Shown in pieces: positions 14,653 to 28,725 of a DNA stretch of 64,000 nucleotides. This DNA is from Felis catus. Lineage: Eukaryota. Location: assembly GCF_018350175.1 (NCBI RefSeq), contig NC_058368.1, forward strand, positions 63,242,001-63,306,000, given 5' to 3'. Numbering within the stretch: position 1 is the stretch's first letter; every line of letters starts with the position of its first letter. The translations under genes and the position numbers were made by a program. A model generated the notes under the pieces. That model was given only the letters and a program-made list of their open reading frames with translations, did no database searches and was not told the origin of the DNA.

Positions 14653-14882
14653 GGGGTGCCTGGGTGGCTCAGTCGGTTAAGTGTCCCACTCTTGGTTTCA
14701 GCTCAGGTCATGATCTCACGGTTCATGAGATTGAGCCCCGCATTGGGCTCTGTGCTGGCAGTGCAGACCCTGCTTGGGATTCTCTCTCTCTCTCTGTCTC
14801 TCTCTGCCCCTTCCCTGCTTGTGCTCTCTCTCTCTCGAGGTAAATAAATAAACATTAAAAAAATTAAAAAACATAAAAATAA
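14653..14882 (+). mobile_element. Can-SINE
   Basis: ggggtgcctgggtggctcagtcggttaag head; TSD aaag(c/g)aaatctggtt. Confidence 0.93.
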
Positions 14883-16174
14883 AAAGGAAATCTGGTTCAA
14901 ATTACAAAGCTGGCATAGCTATAAAGAGGACACACTAAGCCTTCTTGTGACTTTATAACACCCTCATCATTTGTTAAATTCATTAATTCCTGTATGCTTT
15001 CTTACAATTACTACAAGTAAATTGTTTACAAATAAAAATGGAGTTCAGTGCTTTTTAAAACCAGAAATCAGAGTTAGGAATAAATGTTCTATCCCACAGA
15101 GTCCTAGAGAAGAGAACAAAATCACAGGAAAGATTAAGTGACATCTGGAAAAGTAGGTCAAAACATGGGGTATAGAAGAGGAGAATAAGATGAGAAGGAT
15201 ACAGGATTAGACCTCATAAATACTCCTGAGCTATTAACTGGCAAGAAACTCCTGTTTTTCCTATGAAAAGTGTGGCAGAAAGCAAAGGGGCAGGAGCTAG
15301 GAGAAGAGAGTTAAAGGACAAGAAACTTCTATTAAAGCAGTTCAGAAGATAGGAGAGGAGGCAGAAACAGCATTCATTAGTCTCCAAAGTATACTTTTAG
15401 CAAGCATTGTTCTCTACTTTGGGACAATTCTAAATATCTGACATCTGAGGGAAACACCTACACTTTATGAAACTTCTCTTTAATCTCTCACTAAAGTGAA
15501 ATTTGAAAGAAATAACTTTTTTCCCCTCTGAAAATTCACAAGTAAAACAATTACATATTCTGTACTAATTCAATCTATTGTCAAAAGTTTAGGGTTTTTC
15601 GGTTCTTTTCATTGTATAAGATAATCTCTCAGTTGATAGTGCTTAAATTGGGTCAGAAGATAAACCTTGCCAAAAAAAGGGGGGGGGGGGCTCTATTTAG
15701 GCTCTGACATAATTCATTTTATTTGCAACTATACATGAATGCTGAAACCCAAACTTATAAATGCACTTTTATATGGCTGTCAAGAAACATAAACACAGCC
15801 ACTATTTATCTGATAACATTGGAGAGAAATGCAGTTCCCAAATGATGTGAGGTTAAATCTACAAAGATGAGGTGAATTGTGAAGGGAAGCACTTAACTGG
15901 TGAAACCAATCAGCATAGACAAGCAATCAAGACGGCATTGTCACTTTTTCTTCCTTGAGAAAAAGATTTATCCTGCTGTGCTTTGGGGACAAAGTATCTT
16001 AATTATTACATCAAATGCTTACTTCACTTTGCCTGTCTACAAATCATTAAGTCACCATGTGCCATGAATCTGATTGTTGGTGATTCTAAGCAATGTCAGC
16101 TCAAATATCCCTGTGTGTTTACTACCCTGTATTATTTTTTTAAAGAGTTCAGGACACATCAGGTTTCTTTAGCA

Positions 16175-16377
16175 TTTTTAAAAAATGTTTATTTTTGTAT
16201 TTATTTGGAGAGAAAGAGATAGCCAGCAGGAGAGGAGCAGAGAGAGAAGGAGACAGAGAATCCCAAGCAGGCTCTGCAGCTGTCAGTGCAGAGTACAACA
16301 TAGAGCTCGAACTCATGAACCCTGAAACCATGACCTGAGAATTGGATGCTTAACTGACTGAGCCACTCAGGCCCCCC
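16175..16377 (-). mobile_element. Can-SINE
   Basis: reverse SINE (cttaactgactgagccactcaggccccc). Confidence 0.88.
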
Positions 16378-16461
16378 TACCTGTATTTTTAGTATCTGCT
16401 CACTTACCAGCCTCCCTCACCTGTAACTGTGAACTCTTTGAGGACAAGGATAAATCTAATA

Positions 16462-16633
16462 CAGTAGCGTTCAAAGCGTGGTTCCAGGACCAGCAGCATC
16501 AGCACCAGCATTACCTAGGAAATGGTTTGAAATGCAAATTCTCGGGCCTGAGCCCAGACCCTGATCCCAAGACTCTGCTTTAAGGAGTCCTCCTGGTGAT
16601 TCAGATACCTACTAACGGTTTTGAGAACCACTA
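16462..16633. mobile_element. MER5A-like hAT MITE
   Basis: caaagcgtggttccaggaccagcagcatc...aaatgcaaattctcgggcc...ttgagaaccact. Confidence 0.8.
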
Positions 16634-16861
16634 ATGATGAATCACATTCAGGCACCAAGCACAATACCTGGTAGAGTGTAGAATCCAGAAGGGACAATGA
16701 GGTCTATGGGGAAACCTATCTTGTGCTGCTTTCAGCACATTTGTAGCATACAGTGTCCCATTGCCCTAAATCCCATACAAAAAGGTAGGTAATAACCTGT
16801 CTACACTATGGAACCGTATTACTCCTTTCTAGGATCTTTTCAATATTAAAAAATACTAGAA

Positions 16862-17040
16862 GGGTATCTGGGTGGCTTAGTTGGTTAAGCTTCTGACTCT
16901 TGACTTTGGCTTAGGTCGTTCAAGCCCCGCGTTGGGCTGTGCACTGACAGCAGAGCCTGCTTGAGATTCTCCCTCTCTCTGCCCCTCCCCTGCTCACACT
17001 CTCTCTGTCTCTGTCTCTAAATAAACAAACAAACAAGCAA
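16862..17040 (+). mobile_element. Can-SINE (internally deleted)
   Basis: SINE head and tail; aaactagaa-like flanks. Confidence 0.85.
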
Positions 17041-18224
17041 ACTAGAAAAAGTAATGCCTATTGTCTTATGTAGAATTCATTTCAACTTTCTTTTAGAACA
17101 GGGGTATCAGGGAAAGCCTCTGATTTAGGTAACAATTCTTTTACTCCGTAACATCCTAAACTGCATTAGGGCGTTTTCTAGATTTTCTCCTTTCTTTCAC
17201 TATGTGCTCCTTAATGGCAACTACTATGCTCATTTCTTAGACCTCAAGAGCCCAGAACTGTAAGTAGCATGTGGTAGATATCTACTATATATTAAATAAA
17301 GGAATGAGTAAATGAACCCTGTAGAAAATCAACTTTCCATTTATAATTACCTAGTCCTGAAATTTATAGATAAATACTTTGGGAATAAGTTCCATCTTCA
17401 GAATCCCCTACTCTAATGCAAGCTGAAAAAGTTTTAATCCCATTCACATTGGATAATGCTTATTATCAAACTGTTCAGTCACTCTTTGCTGAGAAAATAC
17501 AACATGCTGTAGTTCTAGGGCTTAAAAGCATTTACGAGCAGGGTTATTCATATTTATGCCCATTTTCTTCAAAACAATAAGCTACTTGAAAGTATTAAGC
17601 CAAGAGTTATAAAGCAACACCTATTAACAGAAGTATAACTTTATGAGTGATGTTATTAAGTCACTAAGAAATAAGACAGGTAAGCTAGAGGTACCTAGAT
17701 GGCCATGTATTTATTTTAGGTTTAAGTGAAAATGTTCACACCAGGTCCACCAGCTCATTGTTTAAATGGGGCCAAGGACAACAACCACTATAGTTACTAA
17801 AAAGACACAAAGCTCTAACTCTTCCTATCTTCCCAACTATCCATACTCCAAGGAATGAAAAGGGGCTTCAAAGGCCTGGATACACTCTTTTCAAAACCAC
17901 ACTTCTATATTGCAGAATATAGAAAATATTCACTAGCATAGAAAATTCTTTGATCTACAGAATTTCATTGAGCATCATTTCAGAATACAGTCTCACAAAT
18001 TTGTAGAACTAATTCTGATTGTTCACTCTCACTCTAAACACCAATTTTACTTTTTTTACTGAATGGATAGCATCTTTCTTATTTCACAACACATAAACTA
18101 AAACCTATGTAAAACAATGCCTTTTTTTCCAATTATAAATATTATTCAAATATTCAATATGTTCAAATATTTTCCAGCCTCATATCTATGACTTTTTCAT
18201 GTACTATAGAAAATGGTCCCTGCA

Positions 18225-18349
18225 GGGCACCTGGGCGGCTCTTTTGGTTAAGCGTCTGACTTTGGCTCAGGTCATGATCTCATGGTTCGTGGGTTCGAGC
18301 CCCACATCAGGCTTTGTGCTGACAGCTCAGAGTGTGAAGCCTGCTTTGG

Positions 18350-18397
<48 letters not shown>

Positions 18398-18459
18398 CCA
18401 CCGCTGCTTGTTCTCTCTGTCTCTCTCAAGAATAAATAAATGTTTAAAAAAAGAAGAAA
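18225..18459 (+). mobile_element. Can-SINE with expanded (CT)n
   Basis: SINE head; diverged TSD agaaaatg(gt/ac)ccctgca. Confidence 0.92.
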
Positions 18460-18689
18460 GAAAATGACCCCTGCAAAGGGATCTTTTGCAGCTAAACTAT
18501 TTCCAAAATCCTACCTCTTCCACCTCTAATTATATTTCAGTCCATCCTGTAATTAAATGACCCTGTAAATAAAATGTAAGAAAAGCCAAATTCCTTTTCT
18601 CAAGCCTGATGAAATTCTGCTTATTCTTTAGCCGAATTGTGAAACTGCCGACCATTTTATTGATACCCTCTTCTGATTAAATCCATGGC

Positions 18690-20210
18690 TGTAGGTACCA
18701 CCTAGATGCTGGTGATTCACAAATGTATGCTTCATCTCTCCTGAGCTCCAGGCCCGTGAAATCCACTTACCATTGGATATCTCAATGTAGCTTTCAAAAT
18801 ACTTCTATATGCCTACAACTTTACTTATAATCTTCTCTGTCAAAGCCCATTCCTGTTACTCAAGTCTTTCCATATATGGTTTGCAATCCAAAATCTGGTC
18901 ACCTTCTTACCCTTTATAGCCAAACCATTTTCCAAATCTTTCTCATCCCAGCTAAATATATTTCAAATCTATCTACTTGACAATATCTCTACCACCACCA
19001 CCCTAGTCCAGGCCACAATATCTCTGACCTGAATCACTGTAATTTTCACTTAAATGGCCCCACACCCACACTTGAATCTTGCAAGCCAGCAACCTGACTA
19101 GATACCTATAACCACAAATCCAATCATGTCACTCCAAAATTGTAACCTGCCCATGGCATCCTATTGCCTTTACAACGAGGTTTGTATATTTTTACCACGA
19201 TCCATAAGACCTTGCTGAAAGTCTCAACTCTTTACCAAGGTCTAGAAGGCCTTTCCTCTCTGGTTTTACCTCCTGCCTGTCAGCTCTGCACTCTCTGTGA
19301 CCTAGCCAAACTGGTCCTCATTTTGTCAGTTAAGCCAAATGGGTGCCCCAACTTAGCATCTTAACTCAGACTGCTTCCTCTGACTATAATGCCTTTTCAT
19401 ATCCATTCCCTTTCAATCAGTTTCAAGTTAAATATCACTTTCTCAAAGATATTGTGTCAGGTTATATTTTCTTCCCCAAATGAATAGCAATATTCATAGA
19501 ATAGCAATACTGTCATCTTATATGTTTTCCCAGAAGCTTGTTTCTTGTCCATCAAGAGTTGAAGTCTATTTCTCCTCCTCTTCAAACTTGGCTGCTTTGT
19601 GACTTCTCCAACCAGTGTGGCAACAGTGGTGCTATGTGACTTCTGAGGCTAAGCCATTAAAGAGATGCAGCTTCTGCCTAGTACTTTCTTGGGACAGTTA
19701 CCTTTGGAACTCATTAATACTGTGAGGAAGCCCAAGCATACGCAGAGGCTTTATTTAGGTGTTCTGGCCAGCTGGACCAACTAAGATCTTAGCTAACAGC
19801 ACTGAGCGCCACACAGGCAAATGAATGTTCTTCAGATAATTCCAGCCTCTGTGCTCTGAGTTCTCCAACTGAATCCCCAGTTATCAAAGAGGAGAGACCA
19901 GTCATCACACTGTACCCTTTTGAATGCTTGACTCACTGAATCTGTAGGCGTAATAGTGCTTGTTTGATGCACTAAATGTGAAGTTAGTTTGTTATGCTTC
20001 CCTAGTAATTGGAAGCTATAACTCCCCTGGTCCTTCCTTGAAACTAGGTCCTGCTGTCATAGACATCTCAGCTTACTTTTCACTATGTCTTTAATGTCTG
20101 TCTTCTCTTTTACCTTAGAAGTTTGATGAGGATATGGGTTTTATCAGCTCTGTTTACTGCTATATTCACAGTGTAGATATTCAGTAAATATTTGTAAAAT
20201 TATTGAATAA
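18690..20210 (+). mobile_element. L2 LINE fragment interrupted by an MLT1 LTR (~19460-20015)
   Basis: pyrimidine-rich L2 body; L2 tail tattcagtaaatatttgtaaaattattgaataa at ~20180-20210; MLT1 motif gtgctatgtgacttctgaggctaag. Confidence 0.65.
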
Positions 20211-23200
20211 AATTCTGTTAAAATATATAAAGAAAGAGGAGTTTAGCATTCGGAAATTGAAAAAGAAGCTACAAGGAGTAGCAGAGAAATTATTTTCAAT
20301 AAATTCTTTAGAAACAAATGAAGGTAAAAGACTATAATGCTGTATTTTGGAATTACATGTTGGTGGTATTTGTATTTCTGAGATAGGAGGAAGCTAAGTA
20401 AACATATGATGGGTTACAGCATATATTTTGACATAGAGCCGAGCCAAGACCATAAAGCCCTGGGAATTGGGGAAAAAATGGAAAATATGTTAGTAAGTTA
20501 AAAAAAAAAAAAAAGGCTACCCGAAGCTTTTTAAAAGTCAAATGTCCAAGCGATTGCATTACTAGAAAAATTGGGGAAAAAAGGGACAAAAGGGCATGGA
20601 GGAAAAACCAGTATCAGAACCCTGTTGTCAGCAGCTCTAAAAAACAAGATCAAAAACTATTCACAGTTAGATTGAGGCCAAGACACAGAAACAAGCATCA
20701 AAGAGCTTCTCTGCCTGAATGCTGTCTTCAACAAAGGAAACAAATTATAAATATTTCATTGAAATTGACATGGATAGAGACCTTAACACTTTCTTCTATA
20801 TCAAATTTGGTAAATCAATGATAGAAGTCTCTTTTCTAATAATGTCAGATGTGAAAGTTATATAGGTAAGTTCTCTAATACCATTTTCACTACCAGGTCA
20901 TCAGGGCTTCAAACCTGATTTTTTCTTTTGTTGAATTTTTCAGGATTCTAATTCTCAAGATATATTAGGTCCATTTGTGTTATGATATACAATTATGCAT
21001 TTATGAAATTGACTTAAGAGAGTGTTTAAAATAAAAGCAAATATGCATATAAAAAAGAAATGGATAGATATTCATACTTTATGTTATTAAGAAAACCTTG
21101 ATAAAATTATTTTCATGGATACTTTAAAATCGCAATGTAATTAAAACCTGGATAAATAAAAAATTATAGTTTAAAATCTATAAAGGGAAATCAGCATTTC
21201 TTCTGAAGAAAGAAAGGGGAACAATGAGGTACTACAAGGACTAGTGCTAAAATAGATTTGTTTTAACTGATGTAGAAGAGCAGACAATAAATTCTCTAAC
21301 GTTATTTCAAAACCAAGCACTTTAAGATAATGAAATGCCCAGTCAAATGGGTTGTCCTGAAAGATGTCTACAGTGGATAGAAAAAGCCAGCAAAGCTTTA
21401 CTATAAGCATATGTAAGATAATGTATTAAATAAAAAGTAATCCAAATCCATTTACCATCTAATTGGGTCTCAGTTATCAGCAAAATTCAAGAAACAGTCA
21501 GAGAGGACTTTGTAGATTGACAATCCCTAAAGGCATCAATGTAATGCTCTTTTAGTTAGCACCTTTAAACAGAAAGTCTTCTAAAACACCACACTGAAAA
21601 AGTAGCCAGGCATACAGCCTCTATTCAAAAACTAATTCCTGAACTGCCCAAATCAATCTCTCAGCTCATCCAGTCTTGCTCTAATTTAACAGCAATGAAC
21701 CCCAGTATTCATTTCCCCTTATGGTAGTCAGCTCTCAGATTTGACAACCTGAGCTAGTTCCAACTAAAATCCCGCCCATCTGCCCACTGCAAAGCCTCAC
21801 CAGCAAGCTTCGTCATATCTATTCTCGCTAGATGTGGCTTTTCCCTAAGCACAGCCCCCTACCAAGTGGAGGGTGCCTCACAGGAAGAGCTGGACATAGT
21901 GTCCTGCTAAGGCCACAAGGACAAATAAAGCAATGGAGCAATGGGCATTATTTCAACATGTATTATAGGAAATTTTTTTTAGTGGAAATACATTTAACTT
22001 TATATAATGAAAACAAGAAGAAAATTAAGTTTTACCTCACTGAAATTTGGTTGTGTATATCCTTTCTAGATAGCATCAATGCCAGGAAAAAAAGCTGAAT
22101 TTTGCCTAATTTATGTTGATGTTGCATGAATATAAATGTCACCATCCTTATTTCTGAGCAGTTACAATCACATCACTGCAGAATATTCTTGGTTTAAATT
22201 ACAGTATTGTCAAATTAGCAAGAACATAAATAGGCAAGAATAGCAACGAAATCGTTAAGCATATATGCTTTCTAAATTACAATATGTGCAATAATATGTA
22301 CATTCTTTGGGAAATGCTGTTATCGTATAACTGAAAAATGGCAATTGAATATAAATGTCTTATGTATTTCTGTGTCTTTTAACTCCCATTGCAGAACACC
22401 ACTATCTAAACAACTGATCTTCATGGTTTATAATTACAAAGTGCCATATGCCTTTCTTTTAATTAAAATAATTTCCATATTATATCCACTCAGTTTTATT
22501 AAAATAAAACCAAAAAGAAAAAAGAAAAAAAAAAGCCTGAGTTGACTACAAGATTAACACACAGGCATAACTTAATTCTGCATGAGATCACTCATTTCTA
22601 TGAACTATATATATATTTTTTAATTCTGTAGAATATCAGCAAAACCTGTCTGAATCAGAGATGTCAATGATGGAATGGTACAATTCCCTTTACATTCATG
22701 GTGTCCCAAACACAACAAAGGCAGATTTTTAAAACAGGCTGAGACCATTTGTTCATGCCTTCAATATACATGTTTTCAAACTTACTGGTGTATAGTATGC
22801 TTTTGCCATCTACTGGAACAATGATATACTGCAGTTGCAATAATTTTTGCAGCGGTAAGAATGGAAACAATGGTGATTAAACCAGGTTAAGCAGACATTT
22901 TAAAGATAACTTCTCAGGGCTCTGAGAAGAGTAAACATTCACTTTCAAGAATTCTAGGAAAGAGATCTTCCAAAATTAGAGACCTTCATGGATGCCTAAG
23001 ACCTTTCCTTTATCATAAGATTCCTTTCTCTTTCTAAAGGCTCTTTTAAAATGCAAGTATGTCTGTTTTAAATGTGCGAGGCTATAATGAGACAAGAGAA
23101 CAAAGTATTGACTCCCAAAAGCTGGATGCTTAGATAATAGAGGGGAAAATCAGACTGAATCATTTTCAGTTAACAGTAATTTTTGCTGAAGATTAATTTT

Positions 23201-23405
23201 GAACTTTTCCATAAATATGATCGATCTGAAATTTTCATCTTTATTTGACAGGTTTCCCGTGGTTTCCTTGCATTTAGAGACCACTGTTAACATTCCACTG
23301 TATTTTTAATTTATAATAGCATTTTAATCTTGCAATTCTCTGAAGTTGGTAGATTCAACATTATTACCATCATCTGAGTGGTTTGAAAACTGAAGTTGAG
23401 AGAAT

Positions 23406-23975
23406 TGTAGCAGGCTGACTCCAGATGGCCTCCAATGATATTCATGCCCTTGGGTAATTTTCTCCTTTTGAGTATAGGCTAGAGCTAGAGAAGTGCCTCT
23501 AAAAATAGCATACAATAGAAGAATGGAATGTCACTTGTGAGATAGGGTTATAAAAGACTTGACTTCTTTCTTTCTCTCTCCCTCTCTTTCTTCCTCTGGC
23601 TCTTCTTATTGGCTCGCTCTAATGAAGCAGCCACCATATTGTGAGCTGACCTATGGAGAAGCTACAGGGAATGAAAGAATGCCACTGACCAACAGCCAGT
23701 GAGAAACTGAGGCCCCCAGTCCAACAACCCATGGGAACCTGAATCCTGCCAAAAGAATGTGAGTAAACTTTATAGGGGATCTTTCCCCATAAAGAACTTT
23801 GAGGTAACTCAGCTCTAGAATCATCTTGATTAAAGTACTGTGAGGGACTGTGAGCCAAAGAACCCAGCTAAATTACACAGATGTTTCATGCATGGAAACC
23901 ATTTAAATCAAAAATGTGCTTTTAATTCTAAGGTAATAAGTTTTAGGGAAATTTGGTATGCAGCAATTGATAACT
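23406..23975. mobile_element. MaLR LTR (MLT1E/F-like)
   Basis: tgtagcaggctg...gaagcagccaccatattgtgagc...gcagcaattgataactaa. Confidence 0.75.
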
Positions 23976-24207
23976 AAAAAAAGAATGGTAAGTGATTTCC
24001 CATAGATATCAGACTGGCTAATGGTATAAAGGAAATAAACACTGTTAAGTTATTTCAGTAAGTCAACAAAGTCTCATCCCAGCAAATTAAAAATTAGTCA
24101 AGAACAAAAGAAACAAGTGATGGAATGCAGCAAGAGTTTATTGAGCACCTGATCTTTGAAAGGCCTAGATTAGGTAAATAAGAAAAAAATTTAATATTGA
24201 ATGGGAA

Positions 24208-24570
24208 CTATTATAGACTGAACGTTTGTATACCCCTAAAATTTATATGTTGAAATCTAATCCGCAGTATGATAGTATTTGGAGGTAGTCCTTTGGGAGG
24301 TGGTGAGGTCATGATGGTAGAGCCCTCATAATGCAATTGGTACCCTTATAAAAAAGATCACAGAGAGCTCCTTTGCCCCTTCCACTATGTGACATTTTAA
24401 TGAAAAATCAGCTGTCTGTAAACCAGGAAGTGGGACCTTACCAGACACCAAACCTGCCTGGTGCCTTGATCGTGGGCTGTTCATCCTTCAGAACTGTAAG
24501 AAAAAATATTGTGTTATTTATAAGCCCCTGTTCCACAGTAGTTTTGTTATAGAAGCACAGATAGAGACAG
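24208..24570. mobile_element. MaLR LTR (MLT1A/MST-like)
   Basis: gactgaacgtttgtatacccctaaaatttatatgttgaaatctaa...ccttcagaactgtaag...ttttgttatag. Confidence 0.8.
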
Positions 24571-24992
24571 GATATAATATAGGTAAAAATGAATCAATAT
24601 TAGGATGATTAATGTGAAAGATATAAATAATGATGCTAATGTTAGGAAGGCTCAAAGAAAAATATTCTCCCTGGATAAAGGTTGAAGAGGACATTATTGA
24701 GCAGAGAGCTTTTGAAATAGGCCTTGTAAGGAAGGCTAGGATTTCAAAAGGGGAAGAATTTTGTGTAATAGTTCAAACATTAGAAAATACACAGAAGTGA
24801 GAAAACGGGGCATATTTAAGTAAGAATGAGTGGTTCATACATGGAAAGATCTGAGACAATAATCTGCAGCAGTCAAATGTGTGACTGGAGTCCTGAAACC
24901 AGGCCTGGGAAGTTTGCACTTAATTAATTCTTCAAGGACCTATTGAAATTGTTTGAGAAGGAGGAGCTTCTAATTAAGACCAAATTCATATT

Positions 24993-25193
24993 AGGGTGCC
25001 TAGGTGACTCAGGCAGTTAAGCTTCTGAGTCAGTTTCCACTCAGGTCATGAACCCATGTTTCATGAGATCAAGCCCTGAATCAGGCTCTATGCTGGCAGT
25101 GCAGAGCCTGCTTGGGATTCTTCTTCTCCCTCTTTCTCTGCCCTTCCCCTGCTCACACTCTGTATCTCAAAATAAATAAATAAACTTTAAAAA
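24993..25193 (+). mobile_element. Can-SINE
   Basis: SINE head and tail; flanks aagaccaaatt. Confidence 0.88.
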
Positions 25194-25329
25194 AAGACCA
25201 AATTAGTATCTTAAAAGAATTATTTTGCAATAAAATGAAGGATGGGTCCAGCTGCTATCAGAAAAAAAATTGTGAAAGACTTTGGGTTATGAATATTTTT
25301 ATATTTGTAAAAGGTTATAACATGAAACA

Positions 25330-25425
25330 AAAAGCAAAACTGGGATGAATAAGTGACAAAGAGTGTGTGTGGCCCATAAAGTCTAATATCTGGTCCTTCA
25401 CAGAAAAATTTGCCAACCTCTGGTC
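25330..25425. mobile_element. MER58-like fragment
   Basis: gtggcccataaagtctaatatctggtccttcacagaaaaatttgccaacctctg. Confidence 0.55.
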
Positions 25426-25468
25426 TAAAGAACATTCATCCTTCCAGCTTCTAAAGCTAAGAGATTGG

Positions 25469-27262
25469 TTCCTAAAATTCATATGGAACCACAAAAGGCC
25501 CCGAATAGCCAAAGGAATTTTGAAGAAGAAGACCAAAGCAGGAGGCATCACAATCCCAGACTTTAGCCTCTACTACAAAGCTGTCATCATCAAGACAGCA
25601 TGGTATTGGCACAAAAACAGACACATAGGCCAATGGAATAGAATAGAAACCCCAGAACTAGACCCACAAACGTATGGCCAACTCATCTTTGACAAAGCAG
25701 GAAAGAACATCCAATGGAAAAAAGACAGCCTCTTTAACAAATGGTGCTGGGAGAACTGGACAGCAACATACAGAAGGTTGAAACTAGACCACTTTCTCAC
25801 ACCATTCACAAAAATAACCTCAAAATGGATAAAGGACCTAAATGTGAGACAGGAAACCATCAAAACCTTAGAGGAGAAAGCAGGAAAAGACCTCTCTGAC
25901 CTCAGCCGTAGCAATCTCTTACTCGACACATCCCCAAAGGCAAGGGAATTAAAAGCAAAAGTGAATTACTGGGACCTTGTGAAGATAAAAAGCTTCTGCA
26001 CAGCAAAGGAAACAACCAACAAAACTAAAAGGCAACCAACGGAATGGGAAAAGATATTCGCAAATGACATATTGGACAAAGGGCTAGTATCCAAAATCTA
26101 TAAAGAGCTCCCCAAACTCCACACCCGAAAAACAAAGAACCCAGTGAAGAAATGGGCAGAAAACATGAATAGACGCTTCTCTAAAGAAGACATCCGGATG
26201 GCCAACAGGCACATGAAAAGATGTTCAGCGTCGCTCCTTATCAGGGAAATACAAATCAAAACCACACTCAGGTATCACCTCACGCCAGTCAGAGTGGCCA
26301 AAATGAACAAATCAGGAGACTATAGATGCTGGCGAGGATGTGGAGAAACGGGAACCCTCTTGCACTGTTGGTGGGAATGCAAATTGGTGCAGCCGCTCTG
26401 GAAAGCAGTGTGGAGCTTCCTCAGAAAATTAAAAATAGACCTACCCTATGACCCAGCAATAGCACTGCTAGGAATTTATCCAAGGGATACAGGAGTACTG
26501 ATGCATAGGGCCACTTGTACCCCAATGTTCACAGCAGCACTCTCACCAATAGCCAAATTATGGAAAGAGCCTAAATGTCCATCAACTGATGAATGGATAA
26601 AGAAATTGTGGTTTATATACACAATGGAATATTACGTGGCAATGAGAAAAAATGAAATATGACCTTTTGTAGCAACGTGGATGGAACTGGAGAGTGTGAT
26701 GCTAAGTGAAATAAGCCATACAGAGAAAGACAGATACCATATGGTTTCACTCTTATGTGGATCCTGAGAAACTTAACAGGAACCCATGGGGGAGGGGAAG
26801 GAAAAAAAAAAAAAAGAGGTTAGAGTGAGAGAGAGCCAAAGCATAAGAGACTGTTAAAAACTGAGAACAAACTGAGGGATGATGGGGGGTGGGAGGGAGG
26901 AGAGGGTGGGTGATGGGTATTGAGGAGAGCACCTTTTGGGATGAGCACTGGGTGTTGTATGGAAACCAATTTGTCAATAAATTTCATATATAAAAAAAAA
27001 AATACTCCCAATGACCCTTCTTAACCAATCCATGATCGAAATGGAATTTTAAAATTAAAAATTAAATAGAGTTCTTAAAGATTATTTTAGTTAATGTTTT
27101 GGATACTAGTATACAAACAGTTGTACAATTATGAAAATTATGATATAGCCTAATCTCTATTATTCTGACTTGTATTATTATTTTTATGTGGATTTCCTTT
27201 TATTGACATGATAAAAATCTATTGTTCTTCCTAAAAAAAATAAAAAAAAAAATAAAAAAAAA
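25469..27262 (+). mobile_element. Young 5'-truncated feline L1 (ORF2 C-terminus, 3'UTR, polyA) with 3' transduction
   Basis: [17 protein letters not shown]...CWRGC...HCWWEC is the L1 ORF2 C-terminus with CCHC domain; premature TGA at 26660-26662, native stop at 26765-26767; G-rich 3'UTR; A tail 26992-27002; second tail 27233-27262; TSD taaagctaagagattgg at 25452-25468 and 27263-27279. Confidence 0.97.
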
Positions 27263-27607
27263 TAAAGCTAAGAGATTGGCATTTTTCATGGTATGTCGAA
27301 GTATTTTACAAGTCTACAAGTTAGAGATAATTGATAGTACTGCAAATAACTCTTGCCTGTTAGCATGTAAATAAATTCTATCTGATGGAGGGAAATTTTA
27401 TTTCTCCTCCCTAACCCCATTTCCCCTATCCCTGTAGAAAAGCGTCAATTTTACTATAATGTATAAAATCATCATAATGCCTAAATGTCTATGCTCTCTG
27501 AATCATCTTTTGAGCTGGTTGTAACATCTGAGTACATCCTAAATTCATGAGTTAAATCTTTGACATGTGTTCACTTCATGTTTTTTATGAAAGTCAAGAT
27601 TTGACAT

Positions 27608-27810
27608 TTGTTTTAAGTTTTTATTTATTTATCTTGAGAGAGAGAGAACATACGAGCAGGAAGGAGGCAAAGAGAGAATGAGAGAGACAATCCCAATCAG
27701 GTTCCATGTTCTCAGCACAGAGCACGTCTCAAACTCACAAACCATGAGATTATGACCTAAACCAAACCAAGAGTCGGACCCTTAACTGACCAAGTTACCC
27801 AAGTAGCCCC
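27608..27810 (-). mobile_element. Can-SINE (old)
   Basis: reverse SINE; caagatttg flanks. Confidence 0.85.
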
Positions 27811-28524
27811 AAGATTTGGTTTTTTAAATAAATTTATCCTTTAAACAATCGGAAAAGAAAGAGATAACAAATCAGAGATGAACAAAGCTATCTCTAAGAA
27901 CCACAAATACCTCAATGTATCATTAAACACTGTTGAGCTCTGAGTGTCTCTGGAGTTGATTAATTTCAGTTACTCCCCACACATATATGGAAATTAGACA
28001 CTGGGCAGGAAACTCAGCCCTTTCTTGTGTTCTGGGTGTTATGAGATGAAGACCAAACAAAATCCAGTAATGCAGAGTAGCACTACTCCTACTATATAGT
28101 TACCCAGTGGCTGGATGAAGGGAGAACCGTATCCAGTAAAAAATACTAGCATGAAACCTGGATAAGGTAAAGAAAGGCTCAGTGGGTGAGGCCAGATCTT
28201 TTGCCTGGACAGGTCAGCAGTTCCCCTCACAGTCATCCTCTCCCAAGTCTACTCAACAGGGAAATATGGGTCCTTTACTTTCTTGAAAATCCTGAGTCTT
28301 TTCTTTCTCTTCCCTCATCCTCTAATCTCCTTTTTAGGCCATGACATGACTTCTTCACTCAAATATTTTTCCTTCCTTCTTGCTTCTTCAGACACTTTTT
28401 TTCTCCCTTCTAAGTGCTATGCAAAATTCTTTTCCACAAATTATTTCTCAATGGACTCTGATAGTCCATTGAAACCTATATAGCAAATAACTATTTTTGC
28501 TCTACAGCAGGAAAAGTTTAATTC

Positions 28525-28725
28525 TTTTTTTTAAGTTTATTTATTTATTTTGAAAGAGAGAGTGTACGTGCAAGTGTGGAGAGAGAGAGCAAGAGAGAGA
28601 GAATCCTAAGCAGGTTCCACGCTGTAGCACAGAGCCTGATTCAGGGTTTGATCTCATGTGAGATCAAGACCTGAGCCAAAATCAAGAGTTAGATGCTTAA
28701 CTGACTGAGCCACCCATGCACCCCA
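28525..28725 (-). mobile_element. Can-SINE
   Basis: reverse SINE (gcttaactgactgagccacccatgcacccc). Confidence 0.88.

Noticed and set aside
25367..26662. 431-aa ORF as a host gene
   Set aside because: It is truncated L1 ORF2; the first ~34 residues are read in from flanking MER58/unique DNA.
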